From Takakia lepidozioides (lineage: Eukaryota > Plantae > Bryophyta): 64,000 nucleotides of DNA. The notes beneath the pieces were generated by a model. It ran no database searches. It was not told where the DNA came from and saw only the letters and a program-made list of their open reading frames with translations. The position numbers and the translations under genes are program-made. How positions within the stretch are numbered: the first letter of the stretch is position 1; each line of letters begins with the position of its first letter. Shown here one piece after another: positions 1 through 11,194 of the stretch. The stretch is from assembly GCA_030704615.1 (NCBI GenBank), contig CM060734.1, forward strand, positions 4,216,001-4,280,000, read 5' to 3'.

Positions 1-507
1 CCCTACATTGCTTTGCCTGGCTACATCCCCACTTCTCCCAGGGCGCTTGCCCGGACGCTGAATCATCTGTGCGCATCTACCATGGCTGCAAACTCGAGCG
101 CTATAGTGTACTGACCTCCACACGAGCACAAAGCCACATTTCGGTGCAGAGGGGGAGTATGTCGGGTTGCCGAAAAATATCTATGCGTCCGATACCACCT
201 GAAACCGGGGTCAGTGTTCCTGGAGGAGGAAAGGAGGGATTCAAATGGAGTTATAGTCGAAAGTATTGTTGTGCTCCATGATGATTTCGGCGGCAGCAGG
301 GAATGGCGAGTTCCACCATCGGACAACGTCATATACAGGGCTGTTGGAGACTTCATTTTCCCGCCAAATGCGCCTTCTTGTCGCCCACCTTCCACGAAAG
401 AATCCGCGAATCTGAGAGTTGGAACCTCGAAGACATAATTCTGCAACGAAGATAATCCAAAGGCGACGCCATCACTGAAGGTGAGCAAGAACGCGGTTGT
501 TCACAAC

Positions 508-755
508 TGTCGAACGGCTTTTACTCACCCATCCCTTAGCTATCCAAGGTGGAAACTCCAAGATGGAAGAGTTGGAAATCTCTAAGCACTCAGCCTGCTC
601 AGAACAATCAGTCATGACCTACAACTAGTGTATCATGCGGGTGCTTCCTATTTGTATTCCTTCTCGCATTCATATTAGCAAGTTACCTTATTGTCTATGA
701 TTAAGTATCAGATTGCTTCTGCAATCTTCCATGTTCCATCTACCCCAGCATTCCC
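508..755 (-). mobile_element. Truncated LTR fragment (3' end) of the Athila-like family
   Basis: Reverse complement aligns to ~10940-11174 (e.g. CTTTTACTCACCCATCCCTT..CTATCC.AGGTGGAAACTCCAAGAT); begins exactly at the LTR terminus TGTCGA at 508. Confidence 0.85.
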
Positions 756-1136
756 AAAAATCCACTGTCTGATTTTTCATGAACCTGGTCTACGAAATGC
801 GGCCCTGCTCTTTGGCAATAACTGCCAACGGTATGCAGTCAGAAGGCTGCAGACCGGTGCAGGTGCCCTGCGCAAATTATTGACTACGGCGTCTGACGAG
901 AGGCGTGGGGGCGAGTGTGCATGATTTCAGTTTGGGTACAAGATTGAAGAGTGCTGGACCCTCTCAGGCAAAAGTGCACATTCAACAGAAATCATCATTG
1001 CACAGAAACTGGAACTTTTGTTCAATAAACACTTTTATTCATATATTGAACTGACAACTATGCATGGCCTCACAAGCCGAGGTAAGCTTCAAGTATGCAT
1101 GCAATCTATGCCATTTGCTGCCATGTTGCAGTGTTG

Positions 1137-1874
1137 TCACCAAGAAGTTGGAACCTCAATTGGCCTCTCAACAAGCTCATGACTGATTGAGTGTCGGTAG
1201 GTGAAGACAATCCATGCAGTCCGGTCCCCTTTGCTGTAGTGGACAACGGTGTCATGTCTCCCGATATACGCGCCACTGTAAATGGATATTTTGGCGGTGG
1301 AAACTCTGTGCCCGTAGGACTCATCCTCGTAGCTTATGAGAATGTCCCCATAGACTGGTTGCGAGGGAATTCGCGGCGGCCTGTACGTGGCACCGATGCA
1401 ATCGTTGTAGACCCACTGGCAGCACCTCCAATAATACAGGAAGGCCGTGCGGCTTTTGGGGATGTCGCATGCAGGCGGCACATCCAGATCGATGATTCGT
1501 AGGCACCAGAGCCACGCAACCCCGTCCCCGCGAGGCCCATCGTGGAAGCCAGGAAGGTACTCTAGAGCGGTCATGCTCACCTGCCTTTGCTGAGACTCGT
1601 TTACCCAATCTTGCAGGAATATGAAAATGTCTCCTGACCTGGGCGAGAAGTTCCACGGGGTGAGATCCCTGTTGGGGCAATTGCTGGTATGCCGACACGC
1701 CAACACTTTGTGACTGAAGCCGAGCAAGAGGCCGGGAAGCAGACCAACTGTCCTGGGAGTATGGGAGGAGAGGAAGTGGGAGGAGCGGACGAGATGAGCT
1801 TGACTTGCTTCCCAGATTTGAACGCAGTGGGTGTAGGTGGTAATTTGGACAAGTGGCAAAGAAAAAAGCAACAT
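1137..1874 (-). pseudogene. AlkB-like 2OG-Fe(II) dioxygenase remnant
   Basis: ORF contains LEYLPGFHDGPRGDG (cf. AlkB-family NxYxPGxgIxPHxDG), GDILISYEDESYGHRV (second His) and WIVFTYR (cf. RxxLTFR). The expected H and R are each one transition away (CGC at 1532-1530; TGG at 1214-1212). Confidence 0.5.
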
Positions 1875-1966
1875 TTAATATGCCCGTACCCGGGAATGAC
1901 TCACAACATTTATTTCGTGGTCCGCTCCATAAAAGCGTGTCTCGGGAGAGCTCCTGCGGGCTGCAA

Positions 1967-3200
1967 GTGGCGGCCGGAATCCATCCCCCGGATGGTAATA
2001 TGGCGCCGAATTTCCATCCGACAGGGGTTGGATGAAGTCGTCTCGGGGGGAGAGGGCTCCACGTGGCTGCCAGAATCCATCCCCCGGATGGAAATTTGGC
2101 ACCGAATTTCCATCCGAGAGGGGGTGGATGAAGTCGTCTCAGGGGCAGAGGCCTGCACGTGGATGCCGGAATCCATCCCCCGGATGGAAATATGGCGCCG
2201 AATTTCCATCTGGGGGGTTTGGATGAAGTCCTCTCGGGGGCAAAGGCCTCCACGTGGCTGCCAGAAACATCCCCCGGATGGGAATATGGCGCCGAATTTC
2301 CATCCGAGGCCTCCACGTGCCTGGCAGAAATCATCCCCCGGATGGAAATATGGCGCCGAATTTCCATCCGAGGCCTCCACGTGGCTGCCAGAAATCATCC
2401 CACGGATGGAAATATGGCACCGAATTTACATCCGAGGCCTCCACGTGGCTGCCAAAAAGCATCCCCGGATGGAAATATGGCGCCATATTTCCATCCGAGG
2501 CCTAAACGTGGCTGCCAAAAAGCATCCCCGGATGGAAATATGGCGCCATATTTCCATCCGAGGCCTAAACGTGGCTGCCAGAAATCATCCCCCGGATGGA
2601 AATATGGGACCATATTTCCATCTAAGGCCTCCACGTGGCTGCCAGAAATCATCCCCCGGATGGAAATATGGCGCGGAATTTCCCTCCGAGGCCTCCACGT
2701 GGCTGCCAGAAATCATGCCCCGGATGGAAATATGGCGCCATATTTCCACCCGAGGCTGGAACGTGGCTGCCAGAAATCACCCCCGGATGGAAATATGGCG
2801 CCATATTTCCATCCGAGGCTGGAACGTGGCTGCCAAAAATCATGCCCCAGATGGAAATATGGCGCCGAATTTCCATCCGAGGCGTGCACGTGGCTGCCAG
2901 AAATCATGGCCCGGATGGAAATATGGCGCCATATTTCCATCCGAGGCTGGAACGTGGCTGCCAGAAATCATGTCCCCGATGGAAATATGGCGCTGAATTT
3001 CCATCCGAGGCTGGAACGTGGCTGCCAGAAATCATGCCCCGGATGGAAATATGGTGCTATATTTCCATCCGAGGCCTGCACGTGGCTGCCAGAAATCATG
3101 CCCCCGATGGAAATATGGCGCCATATTTCCATCCGAGGCTGGAACGTGGCTGCCAGAAATCATCCCCTGGATGGAAATATGGCGCCGAATTTCCATCCGA
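1967..3200. repeat. Tandem array, ~62 bp units (~83 bp at the left), each with hairpin CGGATGGAAAT-ATGGCGCCGA-ATTTCCATCCG and often a CACGTG
   Basis: About 18 directly visible units; source of many spurious repetitive ORFs. Confidence 0.95.
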
Positions 3201-3617
3201 GAGCTGGAGCAGTACTTCCGAGCGGCCAAGTTGAGTGACGAGGATCGGGTGGAAGTGGCTCCCACCTATTTGAGGGGCTATGCTCAACAATGGTGGCAGA
3301 AGCGCCTTCATGACCAAGGGCCAAACCCATAACCTTGAGCTAGAGTGGGTTCAAGAAACTTATGAAAAGACAGTTTGTGCCCCTCAACGCGTCCTGGCTC
3401 GCCCGGGACAAGATGAGGAATTTGAAGCAAACGGATGACATTCGGGAACCAGAAATGGTCTTCAACTTTGCGGCGGGACTGGCCCTATGGGCCAAGCGGA
3501 AGCCAACTAAGACATTGAACGTGGCAATTGAAAGGGCTGAATGTTTCTCGGATGTCCCTAGGGGCGAAAGACAAGGCCATACGGAGCTGAACCACAAGAA
3601 GGCCCAGCAGGAGGGTG
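3198..3617 (+). pseudogene. Gag fragment of an older copy of the Galadriel-like family
   Basis: Near-duplicate of ~4775-5243 (ELEQYFRAAKLSDED...MKRQFVPLNASWLARDK), with a stop and internal deletions. Confidence 0.9.
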
Positions 3618-4341
3618 TGTCGCGGCCCTTTGCCTTGAGGGCAGGGGGTCGGGACGTAGAGGGGCGGCCCCTGTGGTGGGGGCGGTGGTAGCAATAGGTA
3701 CGGGGGGCTGAAGCATCCTTGAGTGCCCAAGGCACTCAAGGAGGCGGATGCACTCACTAGGTGGAGCCCCGCACACCGGGTTGCGGTGGGGGTGGCTCCA
3801 CAAGGGGTGGTGGTAGCTTAGTGGGACTTAGTGGGGTGGCATAGGACTCACCATGGGGCGGAGACCTTGTGGTGGGAGTCGTGGGGAGTCTTGGGACTCA
3901 CCACGGTCCAATGGGGCCGTGGTGGGTGGGCCAAGACTCACCGCGACTCATCACCGGGAATCGAGGGTCTTCGTGGTGGTTTGCCATAAAATGACATGGT
4001 TGTTTGTGAAACCCCCGCGGACAGTCACAAAAGTATATATAGGGAGTAGTAACCCCAAGAACGGTGCAAGCCCGTTGGTGACCAAAAACTAGTGAGTAAG
4101 CGTGCGAACCGGAAAGCGACCAAGGAGTGGGGAGCTATTCCGGACTGCCATCTACCAAAGGGAATTTCCACTAGGCCCAAATTGGTGGAGGGGCTGTTGG
4201 GGGAGAAAAGGGGGACCGTTATGTCCCGGTGAGCAGCCGAAGCTCCGAGTTGGCCCGACGGCCAGGTTGGGAGTTAGGTGCGCGCATCAAAGCGAGTAAC
4301 TATGACTTGAAGGGGAGCTTACCGAAGCGAGGTGCGCAACA
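3618..4341 (+). repeat. 5' LTR (724 bp)
   Basis: Termini TGTCGCG...CGCAACA, TATATATA at 4034-4041, PBS immediately downstream. Confidence 0.85.
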
Positions 4342-4343
4342 CT

Positions 4344-4355
4344 TGGTATCAGAGC
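4344..4355 (+). promoter_or_regulatory. Primer binding site, tRNA-iMet
   Basis: TGGTATCAGAGC, 2 nt after the LTR end. Confidence 0.95.
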
Positions 4356-4396
4356 TTAGAGTTTAGTACGCAATCGTCCTTGGGATTGGCCTCATC

Positions 4397-5458
4397 ATGG
4401 GGTCGGGCAAGCCAAAGCGAAAGCGGAACGGCCCGAAAGATGATGATCCTGGTGAGCCCGATGGGGGTGACGTGTCACCGAAGCGGCCATTTGAGGAAAC
4501 GATGCATGCTTTTGAAAACGAGGCCTCTCAAGAACGGGAGGAATCTGAGGAGTCGGAGCCCGAGGAATCTCTGAGAGCTCCGACATACCAACAGATGCCT
4601 CCCATGCCGGCAGCCTTTTGGAAAGGGTTGTTGGCACAGTTTGGCGGGACGTTGAAAGACGTGTTGAAGGCGGCTAATGCCACTTCCACTAAGGCAAAAT
4701 TTAAGGTGAAGCCTAAGGAACCCGACACCTTCGAGGGCTTCCGAAATCGGAAGGCACTCAACACCTGGCTCATGGAGCTAGAGCAGTACTTCCGGGCGGC
4801 CAAGTTGAGTGACGAGGATCAGGTGGAAGTGGCTCCCACCTATTTGAGGGGCTATGCTCAACAATGGTGGCAGAAACACCTTCACGACCGAGGTCCAAAC
4901 CCGGAAACCTTGAACTAGAGTGGGTTCAAGGAACTGATGAAGAGACAGTTTGTCCTTAACGCGTCCTGGCTCGCCCGGGACAAGATGAGGAATCTAAAGC
5001 AAACGGATGACATTTGGGGATATGTTCAGGCTTTTAATGTGCTATTCGCGGACATGGCAGAACCAGAAATGGTCTTCAACTTTGTGGCGGGATTGGCCCC
5101 ATGGGCCAGGCGGAAGTTGGAGGAGAAGCCACCTAAGACTTTGAACGAGGCAATTGAGAGGGCTAAATGTTTCTCGGATGTCCCTAGGGGCGAAAGACAA
5201 GGCCGTACGGAGCTGAACCACAAGAAGACCCGGCGGGAGGGTGACTCCTTTCGACTGGAAAAGAAGTGGGATAGGCCATGCGGCAACAATGGCACGTGGA
5301 AATCGAAGGGAGGGCCTTCACACGCCAAGACGACACTCGGTGCTCCAAAAAAAAAATCAGGTGCGACGCCTTATGGCGGACAAAAGGCGACCTTCGATGG
5401 AGTGTGCTTCAATTGTGGGGAGCCCATGCACATGGCCAAGAAGTGCACGAAACCCTGA
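4397..5458 (+). pseudogene. gag: Gag with CCHC zinc knuckle, one in-frame TAG at 4916
   Basis: KPKEPDTFEG capsid-type motif and CFNCGEPMHMAKKC; ORFs 4397 and 4937 share a frame. Confidence 0.9.
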
Positions 5459-5461
5459 CAA

Positions 5462-7525
5462 TTGAACATGACTCGGGCGACCACAGAGCTGTCGGAAGAT
5501 TCCATCAGCCGCTTGGTGGAAGCGGTGGTCGCCAAGACTTGCAAGGTAGGCAACTACTCTTGTGAGTTGTATCAGGAAATTGGCGCCTTGCGTAAAGAGA
5601 GTCAGTTAATGTTTGTGAGTGGGATAATCTCCGGAACTAACGTGTCGTTGTTGGTGGGCACAGGAGCGTCGCACTCCTTCATGACACCGGCAATGGCACG
5701 GAAGCTGGGACTCCCGACAAGTGATGAGGGGGCCTCTATTGAGGTGCATTCTGCCAAAGGAGAACCACAACTGGCAACGAGGTTGGCGTTCGATGTTCCT
5801 CTTCAGCTCGGGAGTTGGGAGGGACGTGAGAACTTCACCATTTGTGAGATCGATGGAGTGGATCTCATTTTGGGGATGACATTTTTGAGCAAATCCGGAG
5901 CGGTTATAGATGGCCGCAAGAGAATAGTCACGCTACCGTGTGGGAATGGTGGTGAAGTTTTACGGGTGTCAGAAACGCCCAACCGAGTGGGAGGGCAAAT
6001 AAACCTGCTGACAACAAAGGAGTGGGCCGTGGAGGAGTCACACGAGCCCCAGTTTTTGCTTTATGTTACAAGTGAAGGGAGAAGGCGATGGGGAGCTGAG
6101 CCCAGATTGGATCAAGGGGATCCCAGAGAAATACCAGGATGTGATGCCATAGGATTTACCAAGCTGCTTGCCACCGTGAAGAGGAGTTGACCACAAGATT
6201 GAGGTGATACCGGGATCGGAGCCGCCTGCCAAGGCGCCCTATCGGTTGAGCCACAGAGAGTTGGTTGAGCTGAAGGCCCAGCTCAAGGATCTAATGTCAA
6301 AGGGGTACAGCCGGCCGAGTAAGTCACCTTACGGAGCCTCGGTGCTATTCGCAGACAAGAAGGATGGGACGCTGCGGATGTGTGTCGATTACAGGGCTCT
6401 GAATAAGGTAACTATAAAAACCGGTACCCTTTGCCAAGGATCAACGACCTCTTTGATCGGTTGGCAGGAGCAAAATATTTCAGCCAAAGTCTGGGTATGG
6501 AACACCTTTTGTGGTCAAGCTTTTGTCGAGCTGAAGCAGCGGATGGCGGAAGCTCCAGTCCTCAAATTCCCGGAGTTCGACCGTCCATTTGAGATTCATA
6601 CGGATGCGTCGGACTTCGCTATAGGGGGTGTACTCATGCAGGATGGACGTCCAGTGGCTTGCGAAAGTAAGAAATTGAATGAAGTGGAGCAACGGTGGCC
6701 TACGCACGTGAAAGAAATGAAGGCGGTGGTGCATTGCCTTGAGCTTTGGCGCCACTATGTTGGTTCCAACCCGGTGAAGGTGTTCACAGACAATATCACG
6801 GTGAAGTATTTTGCCACACAGCCTAAGTTGTCCCCAAAACAATTTAGGTGGCAAGACACTTTGGCAGTGTTCGACGTGGATATCCAGTACAAACCTGGAC
6901 GGGACAACGTGGTGGCCGATGCTTTAAGTAGAAAGCAGCAGCTCATGTTGGTGTACAGGGGCGAGATGGCGCTCCAAAGGAAGATCCGGAAAGCTTACCA
7001 GAAGGATAAGATGACAAAGTCTGTGATGCGGGACTTGAGGTTGGGGGTGAAATCGCAGTTCCACTTGCACAATGGACTGCTCCGGTACAAGCAAAAGCGT
7101 CTCTACGTGCCGAAGGGAGAGATCAGAGATAGTATCTTGAGAGAATGCCATGATGGCCGGCTTGCGGGCCACGGCGGAGCCAAGTACACCGCGGCACTCT
7201 TGAAGAAAGAGTATTTCTAGCCCAAACTGAGGGCGGAGGCCGAGGAGTATGTCAAGACATGCACCACATGCCAACAAAACCGGAGCGAGTACAAAAAGCA
7301 AGCGAGACTGTTACAACCGAGGGGGTCTTGGGGGTCTTGGGAAAGTGTCTTGATAGATTTCATGACTGCTTTGCCGCTGTCAAAAGGATTCGATGCAATC
7401 ATGGTGGTGGTGGATAGATTTAGTAAAATGGGCCATTTCATCCCCACCAAAGAGACGACAACGGCGCTGGAGACGGGGCGACTTTACTTCGCCCACGTCT
7501 TCAAGCATCATGGACTCCCGTAGGA
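5462..7525 (+). pseudogene. pol: Pol (protease, RT with core deleted, RNase H, partial integrase)
   Basis: LLVGTGASHSF (catalytic D mutated to G); [12 protein letters not shown]; jump at ~6485 from AKYFS to the WVW..CGQAF region; HHCC zinc finger (CHDG..GH...CTTCQ). Confidence 0.9.
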
Positions 7526-10255
7526 TGTGTCGGACTGTGATAGACTGTGACTGACTGTGACTGACTTGATAGGCTATGATAGGCTGTGATAGGCTGTGTC
7601 AGGCTGTGACAAGCTGTGTCAGGCTGTGTAAGGCTGTGTCAGGCTATGACAAGCTGTGTCAGGCTGTATCAGGCTGTGAAAGCCCGTGACTGACTGTGTG
7701 AGCCTGCCTACCACCCCTAAGGCCTATGTCTGTCACCCCTAAGGCCTCTGTTGGTTTGAGCCTACCATCCGTAAGTCTGCGCAAAATTAAGGGTACCCCA
7801 CAGAACCCGTAAAATTGTCTAAGTCCCAGACAGCCCTCTAACATTATCCCTCCCCCTCTAAAAAAGCTGTGTCCTCACGGTTTATTGTTTAGGATCAGCA
7901 AACCCTTATGAACGAGCACCCTTCTGCCGGTGAGAGTCCCTCGGAGGGCTTTGTGTGTGAGCCCGAGCCATGTCGCTGGTTGGTGGGGATGAATGTCGAC
8001 TAGATGGAACTGACTGCCCTGCCTTTGGCTGATAAGGAGGTAACTTCTCAGCCATAGGAGATCCCCGTCGTTTCTTCTCTGCCATTTGTATCGCATAATC
8101 CTCAGCCATGTCAAAACTCCCCTCCATAGAACCAGTAGTATTTGAATCATCTTCCCCCCGGTGGCCTTTCGGTGCCCCGACCTTATGTGGCTTCTCAGGA
8201 ATCCTGACTGGCATACAGTGTATGCCCATCATGTCTGGAAGCTTAAACTTTAAGACTTGTATCAACCGCTTTCTGGCAAAATTAGTGTATGCTTTCAGTT
8301 CATCGTCTGTATAGCTGAGTGGTGTGCCAATGACATTGGAAAAGTGTAACCACTTTCTGGCTTCATGCCCCTTAGGAGAAATGTGGTCAAGACCCAAGTT
8401 TTCCTTGGCCAAATTCTCCAGAGCAAAAGTAAACCAATAACGAAGTTGGGGATCCTTCTGAAGCATGATCCTTACATCATACAGATATGTATGTGATGGA
8501 ACTGAACGTAACATCCAATGCTCCCCATTGGAATAAGTCTGAAATCTCATCTGCATCTTTTGCAGCTCAATGTGATAGCGTGAAATAAAACATGCAGCAT
8601 AATACAGTCCACAACCCATGACCAAACTAGGTCCCTCCTTGGTCTTGGTGTAGATGTATCCATGAACAATCTGGAAGGCTATTAATTCCTTTAGCATGGT
8701 GCCTGCCTCAGACCAGTACCGTGCAAAATGGTGATCTTCAATGGGTCTGTCATTTGGAAGAACTTTAGTCCGAGTTGCCACTGGCAACCAAATGCGCATA
8801 ATCTGGTAATAGTGTGCCAAAGACTATGGAGGACTGAATTCTTTCCAAGCCAAATCCATAACAATGGGAATTTGGTTGAAGGGCATGATCATAGCCCGAT
8901 TGTATTCAAGTGCAGCAGGAGTAGTAGGTGGGTTAAAAGAAGCATCACCCCAAGCCTCAGACAGTGATTGTTGCATTGCTATGGTATCAACACTGTCGAC
9001 CTGGCATGGTTGCTGTAATGCGGTTGCCACAGTCCCTCCTGATGTTGGCAAGTCGTGCACTTCCTGTGTTGAAGATTGGAAAATCAAAGTCCCGGCGTGC
9101 AGATAAGTAGCCATGAGCTGTTCCTCAGGAACAAAGGCCATTTTATCAATGTTGGAGCTCAAGTCATCCACTTGAGTCTGCAGCCCTTCCACATCCTCCT
9201 ACAACTCAGCTATCCGACTATAGACATTGTCTATAGTGGTTGAGGCAATGTTTTGCACCCGTAGCCTGAGATCATTCATCTCATCTTGGGTGAGCTTTCT
9301 TGGTGTCTTCCCTTGTGTTAACCACTCTTGCAAAAGATGATTATCCACCAAGTTTTGTGTAACACCACGGAGATCCTGCTCCTCCTTGAGTTTGTATGTG
9401 TCCAACTGCTGTTGTAAAGTTTCTATGCGTTTCGCATGAGGCTCAACCTGAGTTGCATAGGTAGCCGATAGATTATTGGCTTCTTTCCAGGTTTTTTCAC
9501 TCACAGAAAGTTCATTGTCCCTTACTGTGATGGTTTGCTGCAACTCAAAGATGCACCTGTCCTTCTGGGCATCAACCTGGTGGAACTGCTGAATAGTATC
9601 TTCATTGTGACAGATAGTAGTCTTCATGTTAGCAATGAGTTTCCCCTGCTCCATTAACTTTGTTTCCGCCATTACACATCTCTCAGCTTGGTTCTTAACT
9701 TCTAGTGCAGTCAGCTCCAGAGTAGTCGTTAGTGTGGCACACTGTATGATCATTCTCTGATGGACTGCTTCCAACTCTGTATGGAGCAACTTCACTTCCT
9801 GCAACTTGCCTTCATGCTTAACCTGCAACTGATATAGCTGTTGCTTATGCACTTCATGCAACTTCTCCTGCTCAAGACCTGCTTCAATTAAATTTTCCTT
9901 CGCAAGCTGTAAGGTAGCCTTAGTGTCCTCCAACTCTTTCTGTAACATGAGGTTGGCCTCCACATCCACCTTGTTTGCACACTCAGTGGCAATTCTTGCC
10001 TCAAACTCTTGCTTGAGCTCCTCCCGTAATGCTGCCAATTGAGTGGAAGGAACATGGGTCTTAATATAGGTGCCCAACAGATTGAGTGTCCTGCTTATGG
10101 AACTCATAAGCATGGCCTACTGTGGGTCTTCATGGAGAACTTGCTGCTATTTTTCCCGATTCTCCACAGTTTGATGTTTCACAAACTAGTCAGGCCATGA
10201 TCCCACATGATCTTCTTCCTGAGCAACCTCATCCTCTAGAGGTGCTGCAGTTCCC
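7526..10255 (-). mobile_element. 3' part of an Athila-like element: extra ORF, PPT and start of 3' LTR
   Basis: ORFs 9199-10113, 8824-9192 and 7906-8820 are one frame broken by stops; the first two are homologous to 19920-21265. PPT at 7846-7859; LTR starts TGTTAGAGGG at 7843. Confidence 0.85.
7846..7859 (-). promoter_or_regulatory. Polypurine tract
   Basis: AGAGGGGGAGGGAT directly before TGTTAG on the minus strand. Confidence 0.8.
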
Positions 10256-10267
10256 TTGCCCAGCATC

Positions 10268-11174
10268 AGGCTTTAGGGGGGTTACACAGCCAACACAGCC
10301 CGACACAGCCAGTCACAGCCAACACAACCCGACACATCCAGTCACAGCCCGACACAGCCGACACAGTCCGTCACAGTCAGTCACAGCCGACACAGCCCGA
10401 CACAGCCCGCCACAGCTTCGCACAGCCCGACACAGCCGACACAGTCCGTCACAGCCAGTCACAGCCGCCACAGCTTCGCACAGCCCGACACAGCCTTACA
10501 CAGCCAGTCACAGCTCGGCACAGCTTGACACAGCCTGTCACAGTACATGGGGAACAATTATCATTGGCAGGGAACGACTATGAGGGAACGACATCTGCAG
10601 AAGGAACGTGTTACTACAGGGATGATGGTTAATTAGTTAGGTGGTTAGAACAGCTTGCGGGCAGATAAGGGGAGCGGCAATGGAAAGAGGGGACACTTGA
10701 CGGGGAAGCGTTGCTGGGTGATGGGAAGAGGAGATCAGGCGGAGAGCAAGAACGAGAGGACAAAGAAGGAGAAAAGATGAACAGTAGATGATTATTACAT
10801 GCAAAGCTGTAGTGATACTGTAGGGCGGATTAGAGTCACCTTGACATTGGCCTAGTACCTGATAAATCATAATCTGATACTTATTCGATACAAGCACACT
10901 GTGTAGAGAGACATGAGGGAAGCTGTGAAATGAATGCATGATAAACTGGAACTAAGTAGATACTGAAGCAATCTGATGCTTCAGTATCAGATAAGGTAAA
11001 TTGATAACATGAAGGCAAGAAGGAATACAAATGGGAAGCACAACCATGATTCACTAGCTGCAGGTCATGACTGATTGTACTGAGCGGGCTGAGTGCTTAG
11101 AGATATCCAACTCTTCTATCTTGGAGTTTCCACCTCGGATAGCGAAGGGATGGGTGAGTAAAAGCCGCTCGACA
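10268..11174 (+). repeat. 5' LTR (5'-truncated) containing a CACAGCC/GACACAGC ~10 bp minisatellite at 10285-10545
   Basis: The same minisatellite is in the minus-strand LTR (7527-7700); the 3' end matches the fragment at 508. Confidence 0.8.
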
Positions 11175-11176
11175 TT

Positions 11177-11194
11177 TGGCGACCATACTAGGGA
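11177..11194 (+). promoter_or_regulatory. Primer binding site, tRNA-Arg type
   Basis: TGGCGACCATACTAGGGA, 2 nt after the LTR end; resembles TGGCGAC-type Arg PBS. Confidence 0.75.

Larger units (their letters stand above)
3618..7525 (+). mobile_element. Ty3/gypsy chromovirus (Galadriel-like) LTR retrotransposon, 3'-truncated in integrase
   Basis: 5' LTR, iMet PBS, and gag-PR-RT-RH-INT order; RH motifs [26 protein letters not shown] and ADALSRK resemble Galadriel-type pol. Confidence 0.9.

Noticed and set aside
1-500. Protein-like minus-strand fragments
   Set aside because: Frameshifted with no recognisable motif; cannot assign a product.
1967-3200. CRISPR-like look of the palindromic array and its long ORFs (e.g. 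1689-2996)
   Set aside because: Inter-palindrome sequence is itself repeated (no unique spacers), there are no cas genes, the context is eukaryotic, and the ORFs are by-products of stop-poor repeats.
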